Source: Oikopleura dioica (lineage: Eukaryota > Animalia > Chordata). Taken from it: a stretch of 64,000 nucleotides of DNA. Below the pieces are notes generated by a model, which worked only from the letters and a program-made list of their open reading frames with translations, made no database searches and was not told the DNA's origin. Made by a program: the position numbers and the translations under genes. This document shows, one piece after another, positions 45,499 to 55,827 of the stretch (positions are counted from its first letter, which is position 1; each line of letters opens with the position of its first letter). Location: NCBI GenBank assembly GCA_907165135.1, contig OU015568.1, positions 16,503,208-16,567,207 on the forward strand, read 5' to 3'.

Positions 45499-48400
45499 TC
45501 AGTTCTTCGACCTACTGGAGTTCCTCTCGGCTGGTCGTTTTTCGTTTTCAATGTCTAGCTTTCTTGCTTCCGTGAAGTTCTTGATTTCGACGCCCGATTC
45601 GCTGGTTTTCGAGTCCATCGCCGCGAGCAGTCCTTCTTTTCCCGTCGTGAGACAGCCTGAACAAGCAGCAACAGTAATCATCTGTCAGTAGAAAGCTGCC
45701 AACTGACCTGTAGGTAATTTGCCATTTGTAAGTCCCTTGAGGCGGACAACAGTTTCAGACTCCTCTCTCAACACTGAGAAAACTCGCGCCATCTACAAAT
45801 TAATAATTTATAAAATTATAAAGAGCGCCTCGGGCGTGAGCACGCACAGCGGCGTTCCACTACTGTTTACCTTTCCAACTGCTCGGATCTTGTTCCGGAT
45901 AACTTCGCGACGCGCCTTTTGAGCTTCGAGGGCTTCTTGGTCGTCGGCGGGGACGGGCGAGCCGATCGAACTGTCGTCGTCGGTGTCCACGGTACAGACG
46001 TTCAGCAGGGCCACGAGCATTTCCGTCGCTTAATTTCAGAATAATTTAATTCTGATGACGAATAATAATGTACCTTTTTCCGCGACGAATGGAAGGGACC
46101 ACTTGAAGACGTCCATAAAGTTGGGAAGCCAGTAAGGATGAGGGGAAGCGTTGAATTGTCGGATATTCATAACTTGGTTCTCGTATTTCTGAAATTTCTT
46201 GGATGAAGCGGAATGATAAGAAAAACGAACCAGAATAGCAGCTTTGTTATTATACACATCGAGGTAGTTTGGGGCTGAGAAAATCGTAATAAGGCTTGGG
46301 AATCCGGTAGATGAGGCGCGTCGATACATCTAGCAAGAAAGAAGTAAGTCGGGGATAAAAGACTTTTAGCCCTACTTTGTATCCAGCATCCTGTGCTTCG
46401 TGCGCACGAATCACGGACAGAAGTGAATTGGTTTGAAGAAAATCGCAAACAGCAGCAAAACTAGGAAAGTATAGATTGACTCCAATTTTGTGTGGTAGAT
46501 TCACGGGTGAATGGTTTAGTACCTGAAGAAGTAGCTACAGCCGCGGACTTGGTTTTGCGAGAATTTCTCAACAGTGGAGTTTTCTTTTCCGTATTCTTCA
46601 AAGGGGTCGGACCACAGGAGGTCACACATCGGCCCGAATGGGGGAGGCTCTTTGAATCGATCGATCTGTCGAATGTCGTCTTAGAAAGGCTAATGATTTA
46701 ACTATCCCGTAATCTGCTTATCGCATCTTCTACTTTGTATGAGTTTGAACACAAAGATCAATTTATTTCTGTTCTTCTTTCAAAAGCCCTGCCCAATGTC
46801 CGGATTTCTGGCGAAAGTCCTCCGTGAACGCACAAAAATTGACCATTCAAGAGGGCGGCGAGGGGCAAGGCGTCGAATGCTTCCATGCAAGTTTCCCAAA
46901 TATCCGTCGAATATTTGATCTGGCATTCTTGCTTGAAGGTGAAGTACTCTGTTAGATGCCGGCACTGAAGGAAAATTAAGGGGGTGTAGCGGGGTTATCG
47001 GTCGGGCGCCCTTAAGTGACTGTCCTCTATTAGCCCTCATCTTGGTTAGGGTTCGGGTAAGGGGACTGAGGGTACCTACTGGGGGCCCCGGAGAGCGAAG
47101 CCCCCTGGATAAGGGGGTGGTGTCTGGAACCGACAAAAATTTCGACAAATTTTGCCGACTCCAGGCTTCTGATTGGTTGAAAATTTCCACGCAAAATTTG
47201 TCGAATTTTTTTCGTCGGTTCCAGAGACCTCCCTGGATTAGGCCTAAGGGGGGCGAGGGTCGTAGCCCCTGGGTTAGGCTTAGGGTTAGGGGTTGCCCGA
47301 TTTTCGACCCCCTACTAGTAGGCTACTACAAGTTGGGGAAAGATGCAAGTTCACTTCGAGGAAAAGAAGAATGTCACCCGCAAAGCTGTAAATCTTCATC
47401 TACTTTAAGCGAAGTGGACTTAGCCGCGTTTTGAAATGATAAATTCTCTGTGAAGTGTCCTCACCTCATGATTGCCACGGAGAAGGTGAAGCCCATTTGG
47501 ATACGTTTTCTTGAGCGCCCACAGTAAAAGCACGCACTCGATACTGAAGTAGCCACGGTCCACGTAATCCCCCATAAATAAATATTTCGTCTTTGCCTAA
47601 AACACAGACTTGAGTTTAATTTCGAATGACAAGTTGTCAAAAAAATGGCGATTTGGAGACTCAAAGTTCAAATGCATTAAAAAGTCGTATATGAATATTA
47701 AAACCGCAATGATCGGCCTTGGTTCGGGAACCTGTGTAAAAACCTGAGTCAGGGTTTTGAAAAAACTTTCATAAAAACCCGAGAGCGGCTTTTATTTTTA
47801 CTTTTTCAAATCCTGACTCAGGTTTTCAACACAGCTTGTCATCAGAAAATCGACGATATGGAGGGTAGATTCTCCTGTATCAAAACTTACAGGATCTCCC
47901 CCAACTTCAAACAGCTTGAGCAAATCGTAGAACTGTCCGTGTATGTCTCCGCAAATGGTGATGGGCGAGTCGACATCGAGCAGTGTCTTTTCGGCTTTCT
48001 TTAGAAGGGGATGAGATTGAAATTTAATTATTTATGACGGCTGAACAGATCCATGTCTCAGGGCTGTTGTTTCTCAGGTGATAGCCATGTCTCTGATCCC
48101 GTCACAAAATGGCAGTTCCTTCTTTGATGATACGTCGGCAGCATTTTTCTGTCAGGCGGCCCTCTTTACGCAGGTGCTCCCTCAGCAGTGAAATATTGAT
48201 ATCGCCATTCTAAATGTAAAGTTCAATCGTTTTTCTTTCATTCATAAACATTAAACAAAATAAATTTAACAATCATGACGTGACTATCTTTGAAGAGTGC
48301 ATCTTTGAAGATGTACTTGAAAGTTCTAAAGGGGATATTTCGTCAAAGAAATATATTTTTTTACTATGAAAAAAATTTGACTTTACTGGGTAAGGGTTAG

Positions 48401-49031
48401 GGTTAGCCTTTAAAAAAAATCCAAGAAAGAATTTCCTAAAAATAGCTCAAATCGACAGAAAAATGGGACGGTGTCTGGAACCGACAAAAAAATTTCGACA
48501 AATTTTGCGTAGGCCGCGACTCGGCTGCTGATTGGCCGGTTTGCCGAATCCAGGCTTCTGATTGGCTGAAAATTTCCACGCAAAATTTGTCAAAATTTTT
48601 TGTCGGTTCCAGACACCTCCCCAGAAAAATTGCGATTATTTTGACCAAAATTATGGATAAATTTCTGACCAATCAGATTTCTGAATTCGACCGATGTCGA
48701 ATCAGATTCAAGAAAAATAAATACAAAGAAAATTCGAATAATAGGCATGGATAGAGGGTTGAACTTGGATGAGAAAATGTTTGATTTTCATGTACCACCC
48801 TTATTCTAACCCCAACCCTAACTCTTAGACTTTACTTTAGCGACTTCTTAGGAAACTTCAACAAAAAATAGTTCCATCATACAACATGAAAGGCGCAACG
48901 ATAATTCTGAGGTTATAAAAGCAACTACACGCGCCATTAAAAATTGACGATTCTAACCTTATGGAAGATTTGCTCTTCACAAAGTCTTTCGTGGGGAGAT
49001 GCTCGACGGATGTCACACGGCGACATTCCAT
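45499..49031 (-). CDS. PPP3CA: Calcineurin A (protein phosphatase 2B catalytic subunit); 5' end uncertain
   Basis: [74 protein letters not shown]; CnB-binding [19 protein letters not shown]; calmodulin-binding [24 protein letters not shown]; autoinhibitory [15 protein letters not shown]. Paralog-level name is nominal. Confidence 0.95.
47114..47232. mobile_element. Family D MULE-like MITE (internally shortened)
   Basis: Same TIRs; flanks CTGGATAAG and CTGGATTAG (8/9 match). Confidence 0.8.
47725..47837. mobile_element. Family A MITE in a calcineurin intron
   Basis: aacctgtgtaaaaacctgagtcaggg ... cctgactcaggttttcaacacagc. Confidence 0.75.
48465..48621. mobile_element. Family D MULE-like MITE (157 bp)
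   Basis: Same TIRs; 9-bp TSD CAGAAAAAT at 48456-48464 and 48622-48630. Confidence 0.88.
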
Positions 49032-49480
49032 GTGTGGTTCTTGTCACCGTGAAATGCTGCGTTTTTTCTTCTGATAAAAAATCTCTCTTTTTTCAAATTA
49101 TCTTTTCTCTTGTTTCTGTTTCTTTCTTTATGATGTTCTGCTTCGTCTTCTTTCTCGTTTCGATTTAACACGTGTTTTTATTCTGAAAATAAACTCGTTA
49201 AAATATTTTTATAATGACTTTTCGTAGTTACAGTTTGACGAAATTTTTTGACGAAAAGAGGATAAAAAAATGACCAAAATTTTGGCCCTAAATTTTCGAA
49301 AATGGTGATTTTTTTTCCGGAAAATTTTGGAAAAAAAGATTTTATTTTTGTGACCAAATTTTGGCCAAAATATTTTTCGGCCAAATGGGGATTTTCACTG
49401 TTTATTCCAAAAAAATTTGCTTTGTTAAACAAAATCGTAAGTTGTGGGAATTTTCTGACTTGACTTTTCAACGCGGCAAC

Positions 49481-51393
49481 CAGGGATGTGGATCAGCAAA
49501 AATTTTCCTTTGTTTTGCGCTGCGATTGCGGAAATTTTTCGAACTTATTTTGCGCTGTTTTGCGCTGCGGAATCCGAAAATCACGCAATTTGCGGAATTT
49601 TGCATTGTTTTGCGGATAATCAAAATTTGTTAATTTTGCGAAAATTTTGCGGATTTTGCGCTTTTTGCGGAATTGCGGATTGCGCGATGACACGCAATTT
49701 GCGTTATTTTGCGAATTTTGCGGGATTTTCGCGCATTTTGCGGAAATTTGCGGATTTTGCGGAATTTTCGCGCATTTTGCGAAAATCTGCGAATTTTGTG
49801 GTATTTTTGGCCCTATTTATTTCTACTTGAAATGGAGAAATTTTGGGGACATTATTCCGAGGTTACAAAAAGTAATTTTCAAGGTTTTCAAAAAGAACCA
49901 TAATTAAGCTAAAAATAATGATAAAAAAGATTTTTTAAATGCTGGGTGTGGGTGGGGTTGGGGACAGAACTGAGATTGATCAACTCAGAGTTCAAAGCCA
50001 TTGTCAAGCCCCTTAAATTTAGAAATCAAGGAACGGGGCTGAAACGGCCCGAAGGGCCGTCAAGCCCCTTAAATTTAGAAATCAAGGAACGGGGCTGAAA
50101 CGGCCCGAAGGGCCGTCAAGCCCCTTAAATTTAGAAATCAAGGAACGGGGCTGAAACGGCCCGAAGGGCCGTCAAGCCCCTTAAATTTAGAAATCAAGGA
50201 ACGGGGCTGAAACGGCCCGAAGGGCCGTCAAGCCCCTTAAATTTAGAAATCAAGGAACGGGGCTGAAACGGCCCGAAGGGCCGTCAAGCCCCTTAAATTT
50301 AGAAATCAAGGAACGGGGCTGAAACGGCCCGAAGGGCCGTCAAGCCCCTTAAATTTAGAAATCAAGGAACGGGGCTGAAACGGCCCGAAGGGCCGTCAAG
50401 CCCTTAATTTTAGAAATCAAGGAACGGGGCTGAAACGGCCCGAAGGGCCGTCAAGCCCCTTAAATTTAGAAATCAAGGAACGGGGCTGAAACGGCCCGAA
50501 GGGCCGTCAAGCCCCTTAAATTTAGAAATCAAGGAACGGGGCTGAAACGGCCCGAAGGGCCGTCAAGCCCCTTAAATTTAGAAATCAAGGAACGGGGCTG
50601 AAACGGCCCGAAGGGCCGTCAAGCCCTTAAATTTAGAAATCAAGGAACGGGGCTGAAACGGCCCGAAGGGCCGTCAAGCCCCTTAAATTTAGAAATCAAG
50701 GAACGGGGCTGAAACGGCCCGAAGGGCCGTCAAACCCCTTAAATTTAGAAATCAAGGAACGGGGCTGAAACGGCCCGAAGGGCCGTCAAGCCCTTAAATT
50801 TAGAAATCAAGGAACGGGGCTGAAACGGCCCGAAGGGCCGTCAAGTCCCTTAAATTTAGAAATCAAGGAACGGGGCTGAAACGGCCCGAAGGGCCGTCAA
50901 GCCCCTTAAATTTAGAAATCAAGGAACGGGGCTGAAACGGCCCGAAGGGCCGTCAAGCCCTTAAATTTAGAAATCAAGGAATCCAGCAAAATTCCATTGA
51001 ACCGTCCGGTTTTATTTTTGCCGGCAAAATGACCGGTCGGTTAACTACGAGTTCGGACGGTTTTTTGTCGGCCGATTTTTCAGTTTTTCTTCTGCAAATT
51101 ACCGCCGAAGTTGTAAATGCGATGATGAATGAGGATTTGATTCGGAAATCTTCACAATTAACATCAAAAAAAATGTAGAAATTCTACGCCAAATCCCGCA
51201 AACTTGCATTTTGCGGACTGCAAATGTATTGAGATTTTGTGGAATTTACGCGCAAAATGCGCTTTTGCGCGCAATTTTGCGGAAAAATTGCGGAAATTTT
51301 TGGGGCTGATTTTGCGTTGTTTTGCGCTGCAGAATGAAAAATCCCGCATTTTGCGCTGTTTTGCGGATTTTGCGCTGCGGATCCACATCCCTG
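49481..51393. mobile_element. hAT-like non-autonomous element, 1913 bp, containing a satellite array
   Basis: Perfect 14-bp TIR CAGGGATGTGGATC / GATCCACATCCCTG; 8-bp TSD GCGGCAAC at 49473-49480 and 51394-51401; ttttgcg-rich subterminal regions. Confidence 0.9.
50003..50981 (+). repeat. 56-bp tandem satellite, ~17.5 copies
   Basis: Unit aagccccttaaatttagaaatcaaggaacggggctgaaacggcccgaagggccgtc; copies nearly identical. Confidence 0.98.
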
Positions 51394-52317
51394 GCGGCAA
51401 CTATTCAAATAGTCTATTAGTCACAACAAGCTATTTTGTTCCCTCTGGTTCATAGATGACTGATCATAGGTGTACTTTTGTGTGCTCCCCGAAGAGCTAA
51501 CACAACTCGCCAGGACGACCCTGATAATGACCCTGGGCGCGTGTGACAGCTTGAAACCAAAAGAGTGTCGATAAGGGTGTCGACATAATTATTATTGCCT
51601 TTTCCAGCGGAAAAACGAGCGCGTTTCCAAACAACGAGTGCAAGTATCAATATTGACCGGCGGAAGAGATTTGGACCACCGTGCGTGTCAACGCGCCCCA
51701 GGGCAAGTTACGAGGAATTTCATTGTGGCGTTTTTTTCTGACAGTTGTGGAAAAATAGCTTCTCTGGATTTCGGAAAAAAAATGAAACTCAACTCGGAGC
51801 TTTGTGAGAATATGTTACGCCATCATGCCGCACCAGTCACGAGCGCCACAATACTGAACAAAATCGATTTTTACTATTTGTTCAGCCACAATGCTTAAGT
51901 TAACTCGCCCTCAGCGCCCCGTGATCACTCACTTCGGTAATTATTTTAATGAGAAATGATCTACTGTCAGAGAAAAATTAAGACTCGATAAAAAAAACCT
52001 GCTCTTCCTTGTTTTCACTTAATTTTTTCATCAATCAAGGTCGAGGAAATGGTCCGGCAATGGGAGGCGTTTTGCCGTTTCCAGATTGATCGTAAATTTA
52101 TATGAAAAAAGAAAGAAGACTTCTCTCTTAGGGGTGCGAAGTGAGTGATTAAGAATCGTGGAAAATGAATCGTAAAGAAAATAAAATCGATGTTATTTGA
52201 TACACTGGTAAGAGAAACACTAGAGTCAGGAATAGCTGGGGAGAATTTTTGCAGATGTGCGTTTACTTGGAGATGGTGAGAGAATTTGGGTTCGTTTTTA
52301 TGGGAGAAAAGGGGTGG

Positions 52318-52552
52318 TGTGAGGTCTAAGTGCTGAAAGTCGGTTAGAGATCTGATAGGGATCTCGCGCCGCGCTCTTCTCTGCCACTTTTTACGAACAC
52401 TGCTTCAGTCCGCGCACAGTAAAAGTGCAGAATACACGTTTTATCGGAAACTACCTTTCCCGTGTTTTATTGAAGAATACAGTAGAGGCTACGACTAGCT
52501 GCAAGAGAACCGTCTAGTATAGAGAGCATACAGCAGTACTTAGACGCTTACA
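52318..52552 (+). repeat. 5' LTR
   Basis: tgtgaggtctaag...tagacgcttaca; identical by eye to 55220-55454. Confidence 0.95.
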
Positions 52553-52554
52553 TC

Positions 52555-52581
52555 TGGTGACAAGAGTGGGATTCGAACCCA
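52555..52581 (+). other. Primer-binding site complementary to a tRNA 3' end (Leu-like)
   Basis: tggtgacaagagtgggattcgaaccca; reverse complement TGGGTTCGAATCCCACTCTTGTCACCA comprises T-arm, acceptor strand and CCA. Confidence 0.85.
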
Positions 52582-52781
52582 ATGAATGATGAAAAAGTCG
52601 CCACGTGCGCCGCTCAAGGAAATTTCCAGTTACTTGAGCGCCTTGTAAAGGTACAATATCTTGTTGTGAACCTCTTACCGCCAATTCCGTTATGCCGCGC
52701 CGCCGATTTTGATCAATTCCGCCAACGAAACCCCGTGAACTTCGCCGATCCCAATCTCCAACGACAGTTTGGCCCGCCAAA

Positions 52782-55238
52782 ATGTCTTCTTCCAGCGCCT
52801 GTTACGCGCTCAACCTCTCCGAAGATCGTATCAACTCGTGCATCTGCGTCAGCATGTTGACCAACTTCATGTCCGAGATCTCGGATTATGTTATGAAGCT
52901 TGCATCGGTCAACCCTGCGCTACTCAAAGCCTCTTTAGAAGCGATCAAAACTCGCCATAAGCTAATAAAGGCCCGAATTAAGGCTTTATTGGAGTTCGAA
53001 CATTCACCTGGAGCCTCTCGCACTGATCCAATCGAGACCCAGAGTTCTGACGACTCAGCTGACGTCCGTGACTCCGCTACTGGCACCAATTCCGCTTCTC
53101 CCGTTGACAACGATCAGGTTTCTTCGGATCGAGAGTTAGATCGACGCACCTCTAACTCTCCACCCACTTCCTCCGCGCAACTCACCTTCTCGGAACCTTC
53201 CAGACCTGACTTCACAGTCACTCTCGCCGAACACACCTTCACCGTCAAAAACGGCATGTTCGACACTGGCGCCGACGATGTTATCCTGCCAAAATGGCTG
53301 CCGAAATGGCACATCCCTGACGAACTTTTGAAGCACCTGCAGAGCTCCAAGTTCACTGTCACTGGCGTCAACCCCGAGACTGAGGCCCGAGGCAAGTCCC
53401 GAACTACCATCAAATTCAGCGGCTCAAAATTCGCTGGAACCCGCATTCTAGTGACAGATGGCCACAAAGCGCCGCCACTCATCGGCAGTACTGTCACCCA
53501 TCACGCCGCGAATGTCTCCTTTGGTGGAACTGGTACCAAGGACATTCTTCAACGACGAGATAGCCCTGGAGCAGGAATCTACACACAGGCTCTCAAAATC
53601 AAGTCGTACGCTCGTGATCCCTGGAATGCGCCCGTGATCGACTCTGGCAACCCCAGTAGCGCAGATTTTCATATTTCTGACGCTCGTCGATCTCAACCCT
53701 CTCAAGCTGCCAAAATTCAGCTTAATCCTCCTGCTCCAGGCCCCAACACCTCTACTTCGGACCTTCTGAGCTACTTGCAAAGCCAGAAAGAGCTCGTTCT
53801 TCCATCTTATTACCACAATAGAAGCGAACTTCATGAACTCGCCCTTCTTTGTGTCCAGTATGAAGACGTCTCTGGAAGTTCTACTGACGAGCTTGGCCTG
53901 TTCTACAGACCCGTCCGAATCCCGACAAACGGCGAATTCCCCAACTGTGCTGGCAAGCGCTTGTGCTGCACTAAACTCGACACATCCACGCGATTTTCCG
54001 TCGCTCGAGTTACCACTGGGGAGCGAGCAAATGTTGCTGCTCGCACGATTGTCGAAGTGGTGGTTTTCTTCACATTGCCTGAGACTCTACACGACCCCGA
54101 TGTACGCTACGATTCGCCTGAAACTTATGGCAAGCGGATTCAAATGCTCTCGAAGCTAGCGAAAATCGCCAATCGCTCCGCTGATCTAGCTCTGGAACGC
54201 CAACATAGGCGTCTACATCGTGATCGCCTTCTCAAATACGGCGATATGGTCCATCTCTATCAACCCGTCACTAAGGTAGCCAAAGATTCCAACTGTCACT
54301 GGATAGGCCCTTATGAAATCGCCTCAGAAAATGTCGTTAAAATCGTCGACGGAGCCGACTTTCGTGACTGGGCTCACCGATCTCATCTGCGTTTGGTCCC
54401 ACCGCGCAATGATCAACTCAAATCTCCCTCCGACCTGGCTCTAGTACGTGAGCTCATTTGTGGCGATGATCTCAATTCGCCTCAAAATCTACTGGTCGGC
54501 GCTTCTGGTTCGTATCCTGAACCTCTAGCAAAAATACCAAAGGTTGGGAGGCCGGCTGCTGAAAAGCAATTGTTAACCTCTGGCATCTCTACTAGAAAAA
54601 AGAGGAAAAGGGCGAGACCCGACTCGTTGCCTGATCCGAAGCGTCAAAATGCAGCTTCACTTCCTCTCTCGACTGCTGGAAATTCAACCGCTCCCGCCCC
54701 TTCAACGTCAACTTCAACTACGCCTCGCTCGACTGACTTGGTGGAAAATGATGTTCAAGATTTACCTGATTGGGCGACTTCTGCTCCTCGTGGATGTGCG
54801 GCAGACTCTCTACATGGACATCATTTGTATTCACCTTCTTCGTCAGCTGATCTTTCTTCCTTCATCGGAAATCCGAGCGTCTTTGGCGGAAGAATCAGGA
54901 AAAAAACTTCCTTGATTCGAGTTGACCACACTCGCAAGAGTACTCGTAGAACAAGGGAAGTTTTCTGCAAAAGAAAACTCGTCTGTTGTGAGTCTGCTTC
55001 TTCTCCCGCTCTGATTGGCTCCCGCTGTCCGGAAATGGTGCGATCTCCGTCCGACATTTCTCGACTTTTCGTCTCTACGCTGGTGCAATTCCGACGCCGC
55101 GCCGAGCTGATTGGCCGCCTTTCCCTTCACCTTTCCCTCCTGCACTTCTACGATGACTCATCTCACCGACTTCAACTCTTCAACCGAAGATTCTCGATCG
55201 TCTCTAGAATCTGGGGAGCTGTGAGGTCTAAGTGCTGA
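52782..55238 (+). CDS. Fused, internally deleted gag-pol ORF (818 aa): gag-like helix, aspartic protease, integrase remnants
   Basis: FDTGADDVILP protease motif; pre-RT segment YEDV...DELG...IPT; integrase piece LDTSTRFSVA...LPETLH; GPY/F module YGDMVHL...WIGPYEI. No YXDD or RNase H motifs. Confidence 0.85.
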   Translation: MSSSSACYALNLSEDRINSCICVSMLTNFMSEISDYVMKLASVNPALLKASLEAIKTRHKLIKARIKALLEFEHSPGASRTDPIETQSSDDSADVRDSATGTNSASPVDNDQVSSDRELDRRTSNSPPTSSAQLTFSEPSRPDFTVTLAEHTFTVKNGMFDTGADDVILPKWLPKWHIPDELLKHLQSSKFTVTGVNPETEARGKSRTTIKFSGSKFAGTRILVTDGHKAPPLIGSTVTHHAANVSFGGTGTKDILQRRDSPGAGIYTQALKIKSYARDPWNAPVIDSGNPSSADFHISDARRSQPSQAAKIQLNPPAPGPNTSTSDLLSYLQSQKELVLPSYYHNRSELHELALLCVQYEDVSGSSTDELGLFYRPVRIPTNGEFPNCAGKRLCCTKLDTSTRFSVARVTTGERANVAARTIVEVVVFFTLPETLHDPDVRYDSPETYGKRIQMLSKLAKIANRSADLALERQHRRLHRDRLLKYGDMVHLYQPVTKVAKDSNCHWIGPYEIASENVVKIVDGADFRDWAHRSHLRLVPPRNDQLKSPSDLALVRELICGDDLNSPQNLLVGASGSYPEPLAKIPKVGRPAAEKQLLTSGISTRKKRKRARPDSLPDPKRQNAASLPLSTAGNSTAPAPSTSTSTTPRSTDLVENDVQDLPDWATSAPRGCAADSLHGHHLYSPSSSADLSSFIGNPSVFGGRIRKKTSLIRVDHTRKSTRRTREVFCKRKLVCCESASSPALIGSRCPEMVRSPSDISRLFVSTLVQFRRRAELIGRLSLHLSLLHFYDDSSHRLQLFNRRFSIVSRIWGAVRSKC

Positions 55239-55454
55239 AAGTCGGTTAGAGATCTGATAGGGATCTCGCGCCGCGCTCTTCTCTGCCACTTTTTACGAAC
55301 ACTGCTTCAGTCCGCGCACAGTAAAAGTGCAGAATACACGTTTTATCGGAAACTACCTTTCCCGTGTTTTATTGAAGAATACAGTAGAGGCTACGACTAG
55401 CTGCAAGAGAACCGTCTAGTATAGAGAGCATACAGCAGTACTTAGACGCTTACA
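55220..55454 (+). repeat. 3' LTR
   Basis: Direct repeat of 52318-52552. Confidence 0.95.
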
Positions 55455-55827
55455 GGTGGTAACAAGTTTCGCTCTGAATATTTAAGATCGTATTGCTTCT
55501 TAAATTCTTCATGTGGAGAAAATCGATTTATTTTATATATAGAATGTAGCTAGGATTATATAGGAGAGTGTTTTCAAAATCTATTAATGACGAATTCCTG
55601 AAAAATATAATCGGGATTGGGCTCAAATCAACGAAAAAAAAATCCGACAGTTTTGGCCAAAATTTTGGTCAAATTGTCGACCAATCATATTTCTGTATTC
55701 GACCGGTAGGCCAATCAGAGGCGCAAAAGAAAATTTTTATTTTGTCGAAGAACCGCGAAAAACTACTGTTTTTTGACATGTTCGATCTCCAATTTTTCCT
55801 TTTATAAAAATTATTTAATCACTTTAA

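Larger units (their letters stand above)
52318..55454 (+). mobile_element. Non-autonomous Ty3/gypsy (Tor-like) LTR retrotransposon, 3137 bp
   Basis: Two 235-bp TG...CA LTRs, 5-bp TSD GGTGG (52313-52317 and 55455-55459), PBS, short purine tract tggggagc before the 3' LTR, protease and GPY/F remnants. Confidence 0.95.

Noticed and set aside
49486-49907. ORFs in ttttgcg-rich DNA (also 51164-51455)
   Set aside because: They are low-complexity subterminal repeats of the hAT-like element.
50003-50981. CRISPR array
   Set aside because: Units are contiguous and near-identical with no unique spacers; the context is eukaryotic and there are no cas genes.
50003-50981. Hammerhead ribozyme satellite
   Set aside because: No CTGANGA core on either strand of the monomer; only one main stem.
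50003-50981. Helitron 3'-end array
   Set aside because: The hairpin is not followed by a CTRR terminus at the expected distance.
52555-52581. tRNA gene
   Set aside because: Only the 3' 27 nt including encoded CCA are present, antisense and directly after the LTR; this is a PBS.
52886-55145. Antisense ORFs within the LTR element (e.g. 53114-53497, 53448-53834) as env or accessory genes
   Set aside because: They are short shadows of the long plus-strand ORF, with no signal peptide or TM pattern.
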